Assembly: GCA_009377505.1 (NCBI GenBank)
Contig: WHTX01000001.1
Location: forward strand, 1 to 56,848
Length of the DNA: 56,848 nt
DNA from: Acidimicrobiia bacterium
Lineage (GTDB): Bacteria > Actinomycetota > Acidimicrobiia > Acidimicrobiales > CAIXPF01
Reading direction: 5' to 3'
Within the stretch, counting starts at the first letter, position 1, and each line of letters begins with the position of its first letter. The notes below the pieces were generated by a model. The model did no database searches. It saw only the letters and a list, made by a program, of their open reading frames with translations, and was not told the DNA's origin. Below are positions 18,759-27,423 of this stretch, piece by piece. A program made the position numbers and the translations under genes.

Positions 18759-20051
18759 ATGCAGGACCACCAGTGGGGCTTCCGCACCCGGTCCATCCAC
18801 GCCGGTGCCCGTCCCGACCCGACGACGGGCGCCCGAGCCGTCCCCATCTACCAGTCGACGAGCTTCGTGTTCGAGGACACCCGCGACGCGGCCGACCTGT
18901 TCGCCCTGCAGAAGTACGGCACGATCTACAGCCGCATCTCCAACCCCACGGTGAACGTGTTCGAGGAGCGGATGGCGGCGCTCGAGGGCGGCATCGGCGC
19001 GGTGGCCACCGCCTCGGGCCAGGCGGCCGAGTTCCTGACCGTGGCCTGCCTCGCCGACGCGGGCGACCACGTGGTGTCCTCCGCCAACCTCTACGGCGGC
19101 ACCATCACCCAGCTCGACGTGACGCTGCGCCGCCTGGGCGTGCAGACGTCCTTCGTGGCCGCCGAGCGCCCCGAGGCCTTCGAGGCGGCCGTCACCGAGC
19201 GGACCAAGCTGCTGTTCACCGAGCTGGTGGCCAACCCCTCGGGCATCGTGGCCGACCTCGAGCCCCTCGCCGCCATCGGCCGGGCCCACGGCATCCCCCT
19301 CGTCGTGGACGCCACGACCGCCACCCCCTACGCCTGCCGGCCGATGGAGTGGGGGGCCGACGTGGTGCTGCACTCGGCGACCAAGTTCATCGGCGGCCAC
19401 GGCACCTCGATCGGCGGGGTGGTGGTCGAGTCGGGGCGCTTCGACTGGGGCAACGGCCGCTTCCCCCACTTCACCGAGCCCGTGCCCTCCTACGGGGGCC
19501 TGCGCTACTGGGAGAACTTCGGCGAGTACGCCTTCTGCACGAAGCTCCGGGTCGAGCAGCTGCGGGACATCGGCGCCTCCCTCAGCCCCTTCAACGCCTT
19601 CCTGCTGTGCCAGGGCCTCGAGACCCTGCCGCTGCGCATGGCCAGCCACCTCGCCAACGCCGCGGTCGTGGCCCGGTGGCTCGAGGAGCACTCGGCCGTG
19701 GCCTGGGTGCGCTACGCCGGCCTCGAGTCGTCCCCTTACCACGCGCTGGCGACGAAGTACCTGCCCGCGGGGCCCGGGGCCGTGTTCGCCTTCGGGGTGA
19801 AGGGCGGCCGGGCCGCTGGGGCCCGCTTCATCGAGGCGCTCGAGCTGATCAGCCACCTGGCCAACATCGGGGACGCCAAGACGCTGGTCATCCACCCGGC
19901 CTCGACCACGCACCAGCAGCTCTCGGACGACCAGCTCGAGGCGGCGGGGGTGGGGCCTGACCTCATCCGGCTGTCGGTCGGCCTCGAGGACGTCGACGAC
20001 ATCCTGTGGGACCTCGACCAGGCCCTCGCCGCGGCCGCGAAGGAGGCGTGA
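18759..20051 (+). CDS. metY: O-acetylhomoserine/O-acetylserine sulfhydrylase (PLP-dependent)
   Basis: '[22 protein letters not shown]' and PLP-lysine context '[11 protein letters not shown]', 430 aa. Begins 11 nt after the permease stop. Confidence 0.85.
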   Translation: MQDHQWGFRTRSIHAGARPDPTTGARAVPIYQSTSFVFEDTRDAADLFALQKYGTIYSRISNPTVNVFEERMAALEGGIGAVATASGQAAEFLTVACLADAGDHVVSSANLYGGTITQLDVTLRRLGVQTSFVAAERPEAFEAAVTERTKLLFTELVANPSGIVADLEPLAAIGRAHGIPLVVDATTATPYACRPMEWGADVVLHSATKFIGGHGTSIGGVVVESGRFDWGNGRFPHFTEPVPSYGGLRYWENFGEYAFCTKLRVEQLRDIGASLSPFNAFLLCQGLETLPLRMASHLANAAVVARWLEEHSAVAWVRYAGLESSPYHALATKYLPAGPGAVFAFGVKGGRAAGARFIEALELISHLANIGDAKTLVIHPASTTHQQLSDDQLEAAGVGPDLIRLSVGLEDVDDILWDLDQALAAAAKEA

Positions 20052-20548
20052 TGCCAGCCCGCCCAGCCGAGGCCACGGCCTGGCAGCCACCGACGCCTCG
20101 CCAGCGGCGGGACCTGCTCGAGCGGGCACGTTCGGTGGCCGTCGTGGGGGCGTCGTCCAACCCGGCCCGCCCGTCCTACTTCGTGTCCACCTATCTCCTG
20201 TCCTCTTCGGCGGACTACGACGTGTACTTCGTCAACCCGGGGGAGTCCGAGGTCCTCGGCGAGCCGGTCTACCCGAGCCTGGCCGAGCTGCCGACCGTGC
20301 CCGACATCGTCGACGTCTTCCGCCGGGCCGAGGACCTGCCCGCCGTCGCCGCCGAGGCCACCGCCGTCGGCGCCGGCGTCTTCTGGGCCCAGCTCGGGCT
20401 GTGGAGCGACGAGGCGGCCGCCCTCGCCCACGGCGCCGGGCTCGACGTCGTCATGGACCGCTGCCTCAAGATCGAGCACGCCCGCTTCCACGGTGGCCTC
20501 CACCTCGCCGGCTTCGACACCGGCGTCATCTCCTCCCGCCGACGGTGA
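20051..20548 (+). CDS. CoA-binding domain protein (YccU-like)
   Basis: TGATG overlap with metY. 'VAVVGASSNPARPSY...' Rossmann-like CoA-binding N-terminus. Confidence 0.7.
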   Translation: MPARPAEATAWQPPTPRQRRDLLERARSVAVVGASSNPARPSYFVSTYLLSSSADYDVYFVNPGESEVLGEPVYPSLAELPTVPDIVDVFRRAEDLPAVAAEATAVGAGVFWAQLGLWSDEAAALAHGAGLDVVMDRCLKIEHARFHGGLHLAGFDTGVISSRRR

Positions 20549-21039
20549 GCCACCGCGGCCAGCTCGTCGTGCTGCGGCACGCCAAGTCGGCGTGGCCCGC
20601 GGGGGCCGAGGACCACGAGCGCCCGCTGGCCCCCCGGGGGGAGCGGGCCTGCGAGCTGTTGGGGCGCTTCGTGGCCCGCAGCGGCCTGTGCCCCGAGCGC
20701 GTGGTGTGCTCGCCGGCGCTGCGGGCGCGCGAGACGGCCCAGCGGACGACGGACGTCGCCGGCTGCGTGCCCGACGTCCTCCTCGACGAGCGCTTGTACG
20801 GCGGCGACGCCCTCGCCGTCCTGCGCGACCAGGCCGGCGATGTGGAGCGCCTGTGGCTGGTGGGCCACGAGCCCGAGCTGGTGGACCTCGTCGCCTCCCT
20901 CACGGGGGCGGTCGTGCGCCTGCCGACCGGGGGCCTGGTGGTCGTGGACGTCGAGGGGCCCTGGGCGGAACAGCCCGGGCGCGGCAACCGGCTGCTCCTC
21001 GCGCTCGGCCCCCGCCAGCTCGACACGAGCAGTCGTTGA
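20545..21039 (+). CDS. histidine phosphatase superfamily protein (SixA-like)
   Basis: GTGA overlap with the upstream gene. 'LVVLRHAKS' RHG-type motif, 'PLAPRGE' and 'LVGHEPEL'. Confidence 0.7.
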   Translation: MSHRGQLVVLRHAKSAWPAGAEDHERPLAPRGERACELLGRFVARSGLCPERVVCSPALRARETAQRTTDVAGCVPDVLLDERLYGGDALAVLRDQAGDVERLWLVGHEPELVDLVASLTGAVVRLPTGGLVVVDVEGPWAEQPGRGNRLLLALGPRQLDTSSR

Positions 21040-21209
21040 ACGCCCTGGGGCCGTGGCCGGCTGCCGTTCCGTCACCGGAGGAACGCCCGCGGCCGGTGGC
21101 CGGGAGCAGGCCCGCAGCGCAGCCACCTGGCTCTTGGGGCGCTCGGCCGCCACCGACTAAGGTTGGCGGCCGTAGAAGTTGACAGAGCCGTCAGGTCGAA
21201 GGGGGCCGA

Positions 21210-22484
21210 GTGCCTTACGAGTTCACTGATCAGGGCGAGGCCTTGCTGGGCGAGGTCAAGCGCTTCATGGACGATCACATCTACCCGAACGAGGCGGAGT
21301 ACGAAGAGCAGTACAACGAGGTCGCGCCGCACCACGGCTACCCGCCGATCCTCGACAAGCTCAAGGCCGCCGCCCGTGAGCGCGGGCTGTGGAACCTCTT
21401 CATCCCCCACCTCGCGCCCGACGCGCCTGGTACGAAGCTCTCGAACCTCGACTACTCCCCCATCTCCGAGCAGTTGGGCAAGGTCCCCTTCGCCTCCGAG
21501 TCGCTGAACTGCCAAGCGCCCGACACGGGCAACATGGAGATCCTCAACCTCTACGGCTCCGAGCGGGTCAAGCGGGACTTCCTGTCGCCGCTGCTCGAGG
21601 GCGAGATCCGCTCCGCCTTCTCCATGACCGAGCCGGACGTGGCCTCGTCGGACGCCACCAACATCAGCCTGCGCATCGAGCGTGACGGCGGCGACTACGT
21701 GCTCAACGGCAAGAAGTGGTTCAGCTCCGGTGCGCTCGCCGACCGCTGCAAGGTGCTGGTCGTGATGGGTAAGACCGACCCGTCGGCCTCCCGGCACCGC
21801 CAGCAGTCCATGATCGCCGTGCCCAAGGACGCGAAGGGCATCTCCTTCGGCCGCGACCCCCACGTGTTCGGCTTCGGCGACCGCGGTGGTCACCCCGAGG
21901 TCATCTACGAGAACGTGCGCATCCCCGCCGACAACCTGCTCGGCGAGGAGGGCGGCGGGTTCGCCATCTCCCAGGCCCGCCTCGGCCCCGGCCGCATCCA
22001 CCACTGCATGCGCTCCATCGGGGTGGCCGAGCGCGCCCTCGAGTACATGGTCAAGCGGTCCCTCGACCGCTCCACCTTCGGCACCCTGGTGGCCCAGAAG
22101 GGCCTCATCCAGGACTGGATCGCCGAGTCCCGCATCGAGATCGACATGGCCCGTGAGTACGTGCTGCGCACCGCCCACCTCATGGACACCATCGGCAACA
22201 AGGCGGCGGCGACCGAGATCTCGGGGATCAAGGTGGCCGTGCCCAACATGGCGCTGAAGGTGATCGACCGGGCCATCCAGGTCCACGGCGCCGGCGGCGT
22301 CACGCAGTACTTCCCGCTGGCCCACATGTGGGCGCACATGCGCACCCTGCGCATCGCCGACGGCCCGGACGAGGTCCACAAGATGACCATCGCCCGCCGT
22401 GAGATCCTCAAGCACGACCCGAGCTTCCGGATGACGCCGACGAGCGGCGGGCCCGCCGACCCCCAGGTCTTCACCCGGCCTTAA
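21210..22484 (+). CDS. acyl-CoA dehydrogenase
   Basis: 424 aa. 'SAFSMTEPDVASSDATN', 'KKWFSSGA' and C-terminal 'IADGPDEVH' are typical ACAD motifs. Confidence 0.85.
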   Translation: MPYEFTDQGEALLGEVKRFMDDHIYPNEAEYEEQYNEVAPHHGYPPILDKLKAAARERGLWNLFIPHLAPDAPGTKLSNLDYSPISEQLGKVPFASESLNCQAPDTGNMEILNLYGSERVKRDFLSPLLEGEIRSAFSMTEPDVASSDATNISLRIERDGGDYVLNGKKWFSSGALADRCKVLVVMGKTDPSASRHRQQSMIAVPKDAKGISFGRDPHVFGFGDRGGHPEVIYENVRIPADNLLGEEGGGFAISQARLGPGRIHHCMRSIGVAERALEYMVKRSLDRSTFGTLVAQKGLIQDWIAESRIEIDMAREYVLRTAHLMDTIGNKAAATEISGIKVAVPNMALKVIDRAIQVHGAGGVTQYFPLAHMWAHMRTLRIADGPDEVHKMTIARREILKHDPSFRMTPTSGGPADPQVFTRP

Positions 22485-22631
22485 CGGAGCGGAGCCAGGT
22501 GCGCACGGGCGGTGGTGGGCGTGCCCCGCCGCCCACCCGTGGCGCGCCCCGGGACACCAGCCCGGGGGCTGCGCCCCCGACGGCGCCTGCAGCGCCTCCC
22601 CCATCCCCGGCGGGGACCCCAACCCCACCGG

Positions 22632-22687
22632 GATCTGCTCGGTCCGAACTTGTCACAACTGCACGGCCTTGGGGGACCGAGCAGATC
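22632..22687. promoter_or_regulatory. 14-bp perfect inverted repeat flanking a 28-nt spacer, 12 nt before the nitrile hydratase start
   Basis: GATCTGCTCGGTCC (22632-22645) and GGACCGAGCAGATC (22674-22687). Confidence 0.4.
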
Positions 22688-22699
22688 TAGGGTGCGGCC

Positions 22700-23365
22700 G
22701 TGGACGGCATCCACGACCTGGGGGGGATGCACGGGTTCGGCGCGGTCGTGCCCGAGCCGGAGGGAGCGCCCTTCCACGCGCCGTGGGAGGGCCGCGTCCA
22801 CGGGATGATGGTGTCCCTCGCCGCAGGGCGGCACCTCCCCGCCGGGTTCCGCTACGCCATCGAGCGGATGCCCGCGGCCGAGTACCTCGAGACCACCTAC
22901 TACGAGCACTGGCTCACCGCGCTCGAGACGTTGCTGGCCGAGGCCGACGTCGTGCCGCCCGAGGCCCTCGCCCGGCGCATCGCCGAGGGGCGGCTCGTGG
23001 TGCCCGACCGTCGCGACCCCGAGCTGGCCAGCCGAGCGCGCACCGCCTTCAACCCGCGCTCGGGGCGGTCGTGGGAGGGCCCGGCCCACCGCTTCGCCGT
23101 CGGTGACCAGGTCCGCGTGCGGCGCGACACGACCCCGGGGCACAGCCGCTGCCCCCGCTACGTGCGCGGCGCGCCCGGGACCGTGGAGCGGCTGCTGGCC
23201 CTCGAGCCCCATCCCGAGGGGATGCCGCAGCGACGCTACGAGCCCGTGCCCTGCTACACCGTCCGCTTCACGTCAGACGACCTCTGGGGCGAGGCCGCCG
23301 AGCCCTTCACGCTGAGCGTCGACCTCGTCGAGCCCTACCTGGAAGAAGAGAGGCCCAGCCCATGA
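22700..23365 (+). CDS. nthB: nitrile hydratase beta subunit
   Basis: '[14 protein letters not shown]...FHAPWEGRV' is the canonical NHase-beta N-terminus. ATGA overlap with the alpha gene. Confidence 0.9.
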   Translation: MDGIHDLGGMHGFGAVVPEPEGAPFHAPWEGRVHGMMVSLAAGRHLPAGFRYAIERMPAAEYLETTYYEHWLTALETLLAEADVVPPEALARRIAEGRLVVPDRRDPELASRARTAFNPRSGRSWEGPAHRFAVGDQVRVRRDTTPGHSRCPRYVRGAPGTVERLLALEPHPEGMPQRRYEPVPCYTVRFTSDDLWGEAAEPFTLSVDLVEPYLEEERPSP

Positions 23366-23952
23366 CCACCCACCACGACGTCAGGGAGAAGAGCCCGGCG
23401 GAGCTCCGGGCTGCAGCGCTCGAGGCCGAGCTCGTCGAGCGGGGCCTCATCACCCCCGACGCCGTGGACGCCGTCGTCGAGGTGTTCCAGGACGAGGTCG
23501 GGCCCCGCAACGGCGCCCGCATGGTGGCGCGCGCCTGGGTCGACGAGGGCTACCGCCAGCGGCTCCTGGCCGACGCCACCGCGGCGGCCGCCGAGCTCGG
23601 CTACGGCGGCAGCGAGGGCGAGCACCTCGTGGCCGTCGAGAACACCCCGGGCGTGCACAACGTCATCGTCTGCACGCTGTGCTCCTGCTACCCGTGGCCC
23701 GTGCTCGGCGTGCCGCCCGTCTGGTACAAGTCGCCGCCCTACCGCTCCCGGGTCGTGCGCGAGCCCCGTGCCGTGCTCGCCGAGTTCGGCCTCGACGTGC
23801 CCGCCAGCACCGAGGTGCGGGTGTGGGACTCCTCGGCCGACGTGCGCTACCTCGTGCTGCCCCGCCGCCCGGAGGGCACCGAGGGCCTCGACGAGGCGGC
23901 GCTGGCGTCCCTCGTGTCCCGCGACGGCATGATCGGCGTCGCCGCCGTATGA
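23362..23952 (+). CDS. nthA: nitrile hydratase alpha subunit, cobalt type
   Basis: Metal-binding claw '[10 protein letters not shown]'. Thr at the third position is the Co-type signature, whereas Fe-type enzymes have Ser. Confidence 0.9.
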   Translation: MTTHHDVREKSPAELRAAALEAELVERGLITPDAVDAVVEVFQDEVGPRNGARMVARAWVDEGYRQRLLADATAAAAELGYGGSEGEHLVAVENTPGVHNVIVCTLCSCYPWPVLGVPPVWYKSPPYRSRVVREPRAVLAEFGLDVPASTEVRVWDSSADVRYLVLPRRPEGTEGLDEAALASLVSRDGMIGVAAV

Positions 23953-24206
23953 CCAGCGGGGAGGGCGAGCCGCGCCGCGACGGCGGGCCGCGGCCGGCGT
24001 GGGCCGAGCTCGCCGACGAGCCCTTCGCCGAACCCTGGCAGGCGCGGGCGTTCGCCGTCGCCGTGCTGGCCTGCGAGCGCTTGGCGCTGCCCTGGGACGC
24101 GTTCCGCGACCAGCTGAAAGCGGCCATCGCCGAGGACCCGGAGCGGCCCTACTACGAGAGCTGGACCGTGGCCCTCGAACGCCTGGTCGGGCCGGCGGGG
24201 GCCTGA
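23949..24206 (+). CDS. nitrile hydratase accessory (activator / self-subunit-swapping chaperone-like) protein
   Basis: ATGA overlap with the alpha gene. 85 aa with '[12 protein letters not shown]', typical of small NHase accessory proteins in beta-alpha-accessory operons. Confidence 0.7.
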   Translation: MTSGEGEPRRDGGPRPAWAELADEPFAEPWQARAFAVAVLACERLALPWDAFRDQLKAAIAEDPERPYYESWTVALERLVGPAGA

Positions 24207-24213
24207 CCGCCGT

Positions 24214-24255
24214 TCTCGGTCGCCTTCGTCTCATAGGTGAGACGGAACCGACCGA
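24214..24255. terminator. bidirectional stem-loop between convergent genes
   Basis: Core CGTCTCA-tagg-TGAGACG, extended by CTCGGTCG/CGACCGAG. Arms are 19 nt with 3 mismatches. Confidence 0.45.
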
Positions 24256-24294
24256 GAAGGGTGGCGTGCTGTCGGTGTGAGCTGGTCGGCGGGC

Positions 24295-25209
24295 TCAGGC
24301 TCGAACGTGGCGGCGCCGCCAGCGGCGAGCGTGACGGGCCACCGCCCTGGTCACCGAGCCGTTGCCCTCGGCCCGCCGGGCCAGGACGCCCTCGACGCCG
24401 GCGAGCAGGCCGGCGGCGAACGCCGCCGGCTGCTGGATGAACACGTCGTGGCCGGCCTCGATCTCGAGCACCCGGGCACGCAGCAGCTTGGCCAGCTCCC
24501 GCTGGGAGGAGGGGGGTACCGCCCGGTCCCGTGAGGTCAGCACCACGGCAGCCGGCAGCTCGAGCTCCATGGCGACCTCGCGGGCGTCGTAGCGGGACAG
24601 CGCCCGGCCCGCCTCCACGGTGCTCGCCGTGCTGGCACGCTGTGTCTCCCCGACGAGCCGCCCGCGCCAGGCGGCGACGGCCGGGTCCAGCGCGGCTTGC
24701 TTGTCGAGGGCGCGGCGCAGGGCCCTCACCAGGCCGTCTCGGCGCAGCACCATGGGGAGGAGGGGGAGGAGCGCCCACTCGAGTCGCTCGTCGAGGCGGC
24801 GGTTGAAGCGGGCGGCGGTGGCCGTGAGCACGAGGCCCTCGACGATGCCCGGGTGGCGGCCGGCGAGGTGGAGGGCCACCGGGCCGCCCATCGAGTAGCC
24901 GACGGCCACGACGGGGCGCACGCCCAGCAGTTCGAGGGCGGCGGCGGCGTCGTCGGCCGCGGCCTCGAGGTCGAAGGGGTGGGTGCTGCGCAGGCCCCGC
25001 CCGTGGCCCCGGTGGTCGATGGCCACGAGGTTGTAGCGCTCGGCGAAGGCGGCGTAGCAAGCGAACCAGTTCAGGTCGGCGGTGATCGTCCAGCCGTGGA
25101 GCAGCAGCAGGGTCGGGCGGTCGGTGCCCGAGAAGTGGGCCCGCACGAACGTCTCGCCCCGTCCGGGCAGGTCGAGGATGCGCCCCTCGGGGACGAACGG
25201 CTCGGGCAT
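24295..25209 (-). CDS. alpha/beta-fold hydrolase
   Basis: Start 'MPEPFVPEG' chosen inside a long GC-artefact ORF. 'LLLLHGW' oxyanion region, nucleophile elbow 'GYSMGG' and a late 'GHD' His. Confidence 0.75.
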   Translation of the reverse strand: MPEPFVPEGRILDLPGRGETFVRAHFSGTDRPTLLLLHGWTITADLNWFACYAAFAERYNLVAIDHRGHGRGLRSTHPFDLEAAADDAAAALELLGVRPVVAVGYSMGGPVALHLAGRHPGIVEGLVLTATAARFNRRLDERLEWALLPLLPMVLRRDGLVRALRRALDKQAALDPAVAAWRGRLVGETQRASTASTVEAGRALSRYDAREVAMELELPAAVVLTSRDRAVPPSSQRELAKLLRARVLEIEAGHDVFIQQPAAFAAGLLAGVEGVLARRAEGNGSVTRAVARHARRWRRRHVRA

Positions 25210-25317
25210 CCCCCCATCGTGCCCGACGCGACGCCCCCGAGGTGGAGCCGAGCCTGCGGCTGGCGGCACCGGGCCTGGCTCGGGGGCGCACAGGATGGCG
25301 GGGTACCATCCGCGGCG

Positions 25318-26487
25318 ATGGGCATCGCGCGCAGGGCCGCCACCGTACTCGGCACCGCCGCGGCCGCGGTCGGCGCCGTCGAACTGCTGCACCGCCGGGC
25401 GCCGGGCAACGACGTGGCCTTCTCCGACGAGGGCTTCCGCCCCCAGCGCATGGCCGCCGGCCTGCTCCGGCTGTCCGGCCGGGTCACGGTGGAGAACCTG
25501 ACCGCCGACCGCGAGGTCATGCTCTGCGGCGTCGAGCCCCACGTGGCCCTGCTGTCGGACGCGTCGGTCGCCGAGCTGCGCACCGCCTGCCGCGTGGAGT
25601 CCCGCGACAAGGCCTACCCGCCGCGGCCCGACGGCTACTGGACGGCCTACGTGGTCAAGCCGGCCGGTTCCAGTGCCTTCGACGTGCAGGTCGACGTGCA
25701 GGGCCGGGCGGCCGCCCTCGACGCGTTGTACGCGGTGTGGGTCGACGTCCGCGTGGGCACCTACGGGGCCGAGGGCCCCCGGCCCCGCTCCCACCACGTG
25801 TTCGTGGCCCTGCGGGAGGCCGAGCGCACCCCGCCCTCGTGGCGCGACGTGGACGGTGCGCAGGTCCTGCCCGTGCGCACCCACCTCCTCACCCCCGACG
25901 ACGACCCCCTCGCCGTGGTGCAGAAGTACGCGGCCCCCCAGGCCGAGCCCGGCGACGTCGTCGTCATCGGCGAGTCGCCCCTCGCGGTCATGCAGGGCCG
26001 GCTTCGCCACCCCGACGAGGTGCGCGTCGGCTGGTTCGCCAGCCGCTTCTGCTCGTTCATGGGCGGCGAGGGCTCGCTCGGCACCGGGCCCGGCCTGCAG
26101 GTGCTCGTCGACCAGGTCGGCGGGCCGCGGGTGCTCGGCGCGCTCGCCGCCGGGGCGCCGCTCAAGCTGGCCGGGCGGCCGGGCTGGTTCTACCGGCTGG
26201 CCGGCGACCAGGCCCGCCTCGTCGACGACGTGACCGGCTCGCTGCCGCCCTACGACCAGTTCATCGTGCTCGGCCCGGAGCGGTCCGACTCGGTCTGCGA
26301 GGCCATCGAGCGGACCACCGGGCTGGGCGCGGCCGTGTGCGACGCCAACGACCTCGGCCGGGTCGACGTGCTCGGCGCCTCGACAGGGGTGGACCACGCG
26401 TTCGTGCGCCGGGCGCTGGCCTCCAACCCCGCGGGCAACGGCGCGGAGACCACCCCGCTCGTCCTCGTCCGCCCGCCAGCGCCCTGA
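25318..26487 (+). CDS. membrane-anchored protein with C-terminal F420-0:gamma-glutamyl ligase (CofE)-like domain
   Basis: N-terminal TM 'VLGTAAAAVGAVELL' and a roughly 170-aa unassigned domain. Then 'GDVVVIGESPLAVMQGR', 'DANDLG' and 'NPAGNGAETTPLVLVRP', which resemble the F420_ligase family core. Confidence 0.6.
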   Translation: MGIARRAATVLGTAAAAVGAVELLHRRAPGNDVAFSDEGFRPQRMAAGLLRLSGRVTVENLTADREVMLCGVEPHVALLSDASVAELRTACRVESRDKAYPPRPDGYWTAYVVKPAGSSAFDVQVDVQGRAAALDALYAVWVDVRVGTYGAEGPRPRSHHVFVALREAERTPPSWRDVDGAQVLPVRTHLLTPDDDPLAVVQKYAAPQAEPGDVVVIGESPLAVMQGRLRHPDEVRVGWFASRFCSFMGGEGSLGTGPGLQVLVDQVGGPRVLGALAAGAPLKLAGRPGWFYRLAGDQARLVDDVTGSLPPYDQFIVLGPERSDSVCEAIERTTGLGAAVCDANDLGRVDVLGASTGVDHAFVRRALASNPAGNGAETTPLVLVRPPAP

Positions 26488-26602
26488 CCACCATCCCGGT
26501 GCCGCCTGCCGGCTGGGTGCCCGCTCGGAGGACCGGAATCGAAGCGGCTGAGGTGTCGCGGATAGGGTCCGCGGCTGGTCCGCGGTGCGGAGGGGGATGG
26601 AC

Positions 26603-27361
26603 ATGACCGGACGGGTGGCCGTCGTGAGTGGTGCGGGTCGAGGCATCGGACGGGCGATCGCCCTGGCACTCGCTGCCCAGGGCCGCCGCGTCGCGGTCTG
26701 CGACGTGCTCGAGGCCGAGGCGGCCGACACGGTCGCCCAGGTCGCCGCGGCCGGTGGCGAGGCCCGGCCCTACGTCGTGGACGTGACCGATTCCGACGCC
26801 GTGCAGCGCGGCTACCTGGCCGTGGTCGACGAGCTCGGCCCCGTCGAGGTGCTCGTCAACTGCGCCGGTTGGGACAAGTTCCTCCCCTTCGTCGACACCG
26901 AGGAGGAGTTCTGGGACCGGGTCATCGAGATCAACTACAAGGGCGTGTTGCGCTGGGTGCACGCCGTACTGCCCGCCATGGTCGAGGCGCGCTGGGGCCG
27001 TGTCGTGAACATCGCCTCTGACGCCGGCCGGGTCGGCTCCTCGCTGGAGTCCGTCTACTCCGGGGCGAAGGGAGGCGTGATCGCCTTCACCAAGACCGTC
27101 GCCCGCGAGGCGGCCCGGGCGGGGGTGACGGCCAACGTGGTCTGCCCCGGGCCGACCGACACGACGTTGCTGCGGGACGCGGCGAGCTCTCGGGGCGAGG
27201 AGGCCGAGAAGTTCATAGGCGCGCTCACCCGGGCCATCCCCATGCGCCGCGTCGCCCAGCCCGAGGAGATCGCCTCCGCCGTGGCCTACTTCTGCTCCGA
27301 GGAGGCGGGCTTCGTCACCGGCCAGACCCTGTCCGTCTCCGGCGGGCTGACGATGGCCTGA
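26603..27361 (+). CDS. short-chain dehydrogenase/reductase (FabG-like)
   Basis: 'VAVVSGAGRGIGRAIA' (TGxxxGxG) and 'YSGAKGG' (YxxxK). Start is uncertain between 26585, 26597 and 26603. Confidence 0.8.
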   Translation: MTGRVAVVSGAGRGIGRAIALALAAQGRRVAVCDVLEAEAADTVAQVAAAGGEARPYVVDVTDSDAVQRGYLAVVDELGPVEVLVNCAGWDKFLPFVDTEEEFWDRVIEINYKGVLRWVHAVLPAMVEARWGRVVNIASDAGRVGSSLESVYSGAKGGVIAFTKTVAREAARAGVTANVVCPGPTDTTLLRDAASSRGEEAEKFIGALTRAIPMRRVAQPEEIASAVAYFCSEEAGFVTGQTLSVSGGLTMA

Positions 27362-27423
27362 CGCCGAGCCGGCGACGGCGGCGCGGACGGGCGCGGTGGC
27401 GGCCTGAAGGCCGTGACGAGGGC

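Noticed and set aside
22485-22699. Cobalamin or other known riboswitch in the leader of the cobalt-type nitrile hydratase operon.
   Set aside because: I could not find a B12-box-like core or any other riboswitch consensus by eye. Only the 14-bp inverted repeat stands out. A covariance-model scan would be needed to exclude one.
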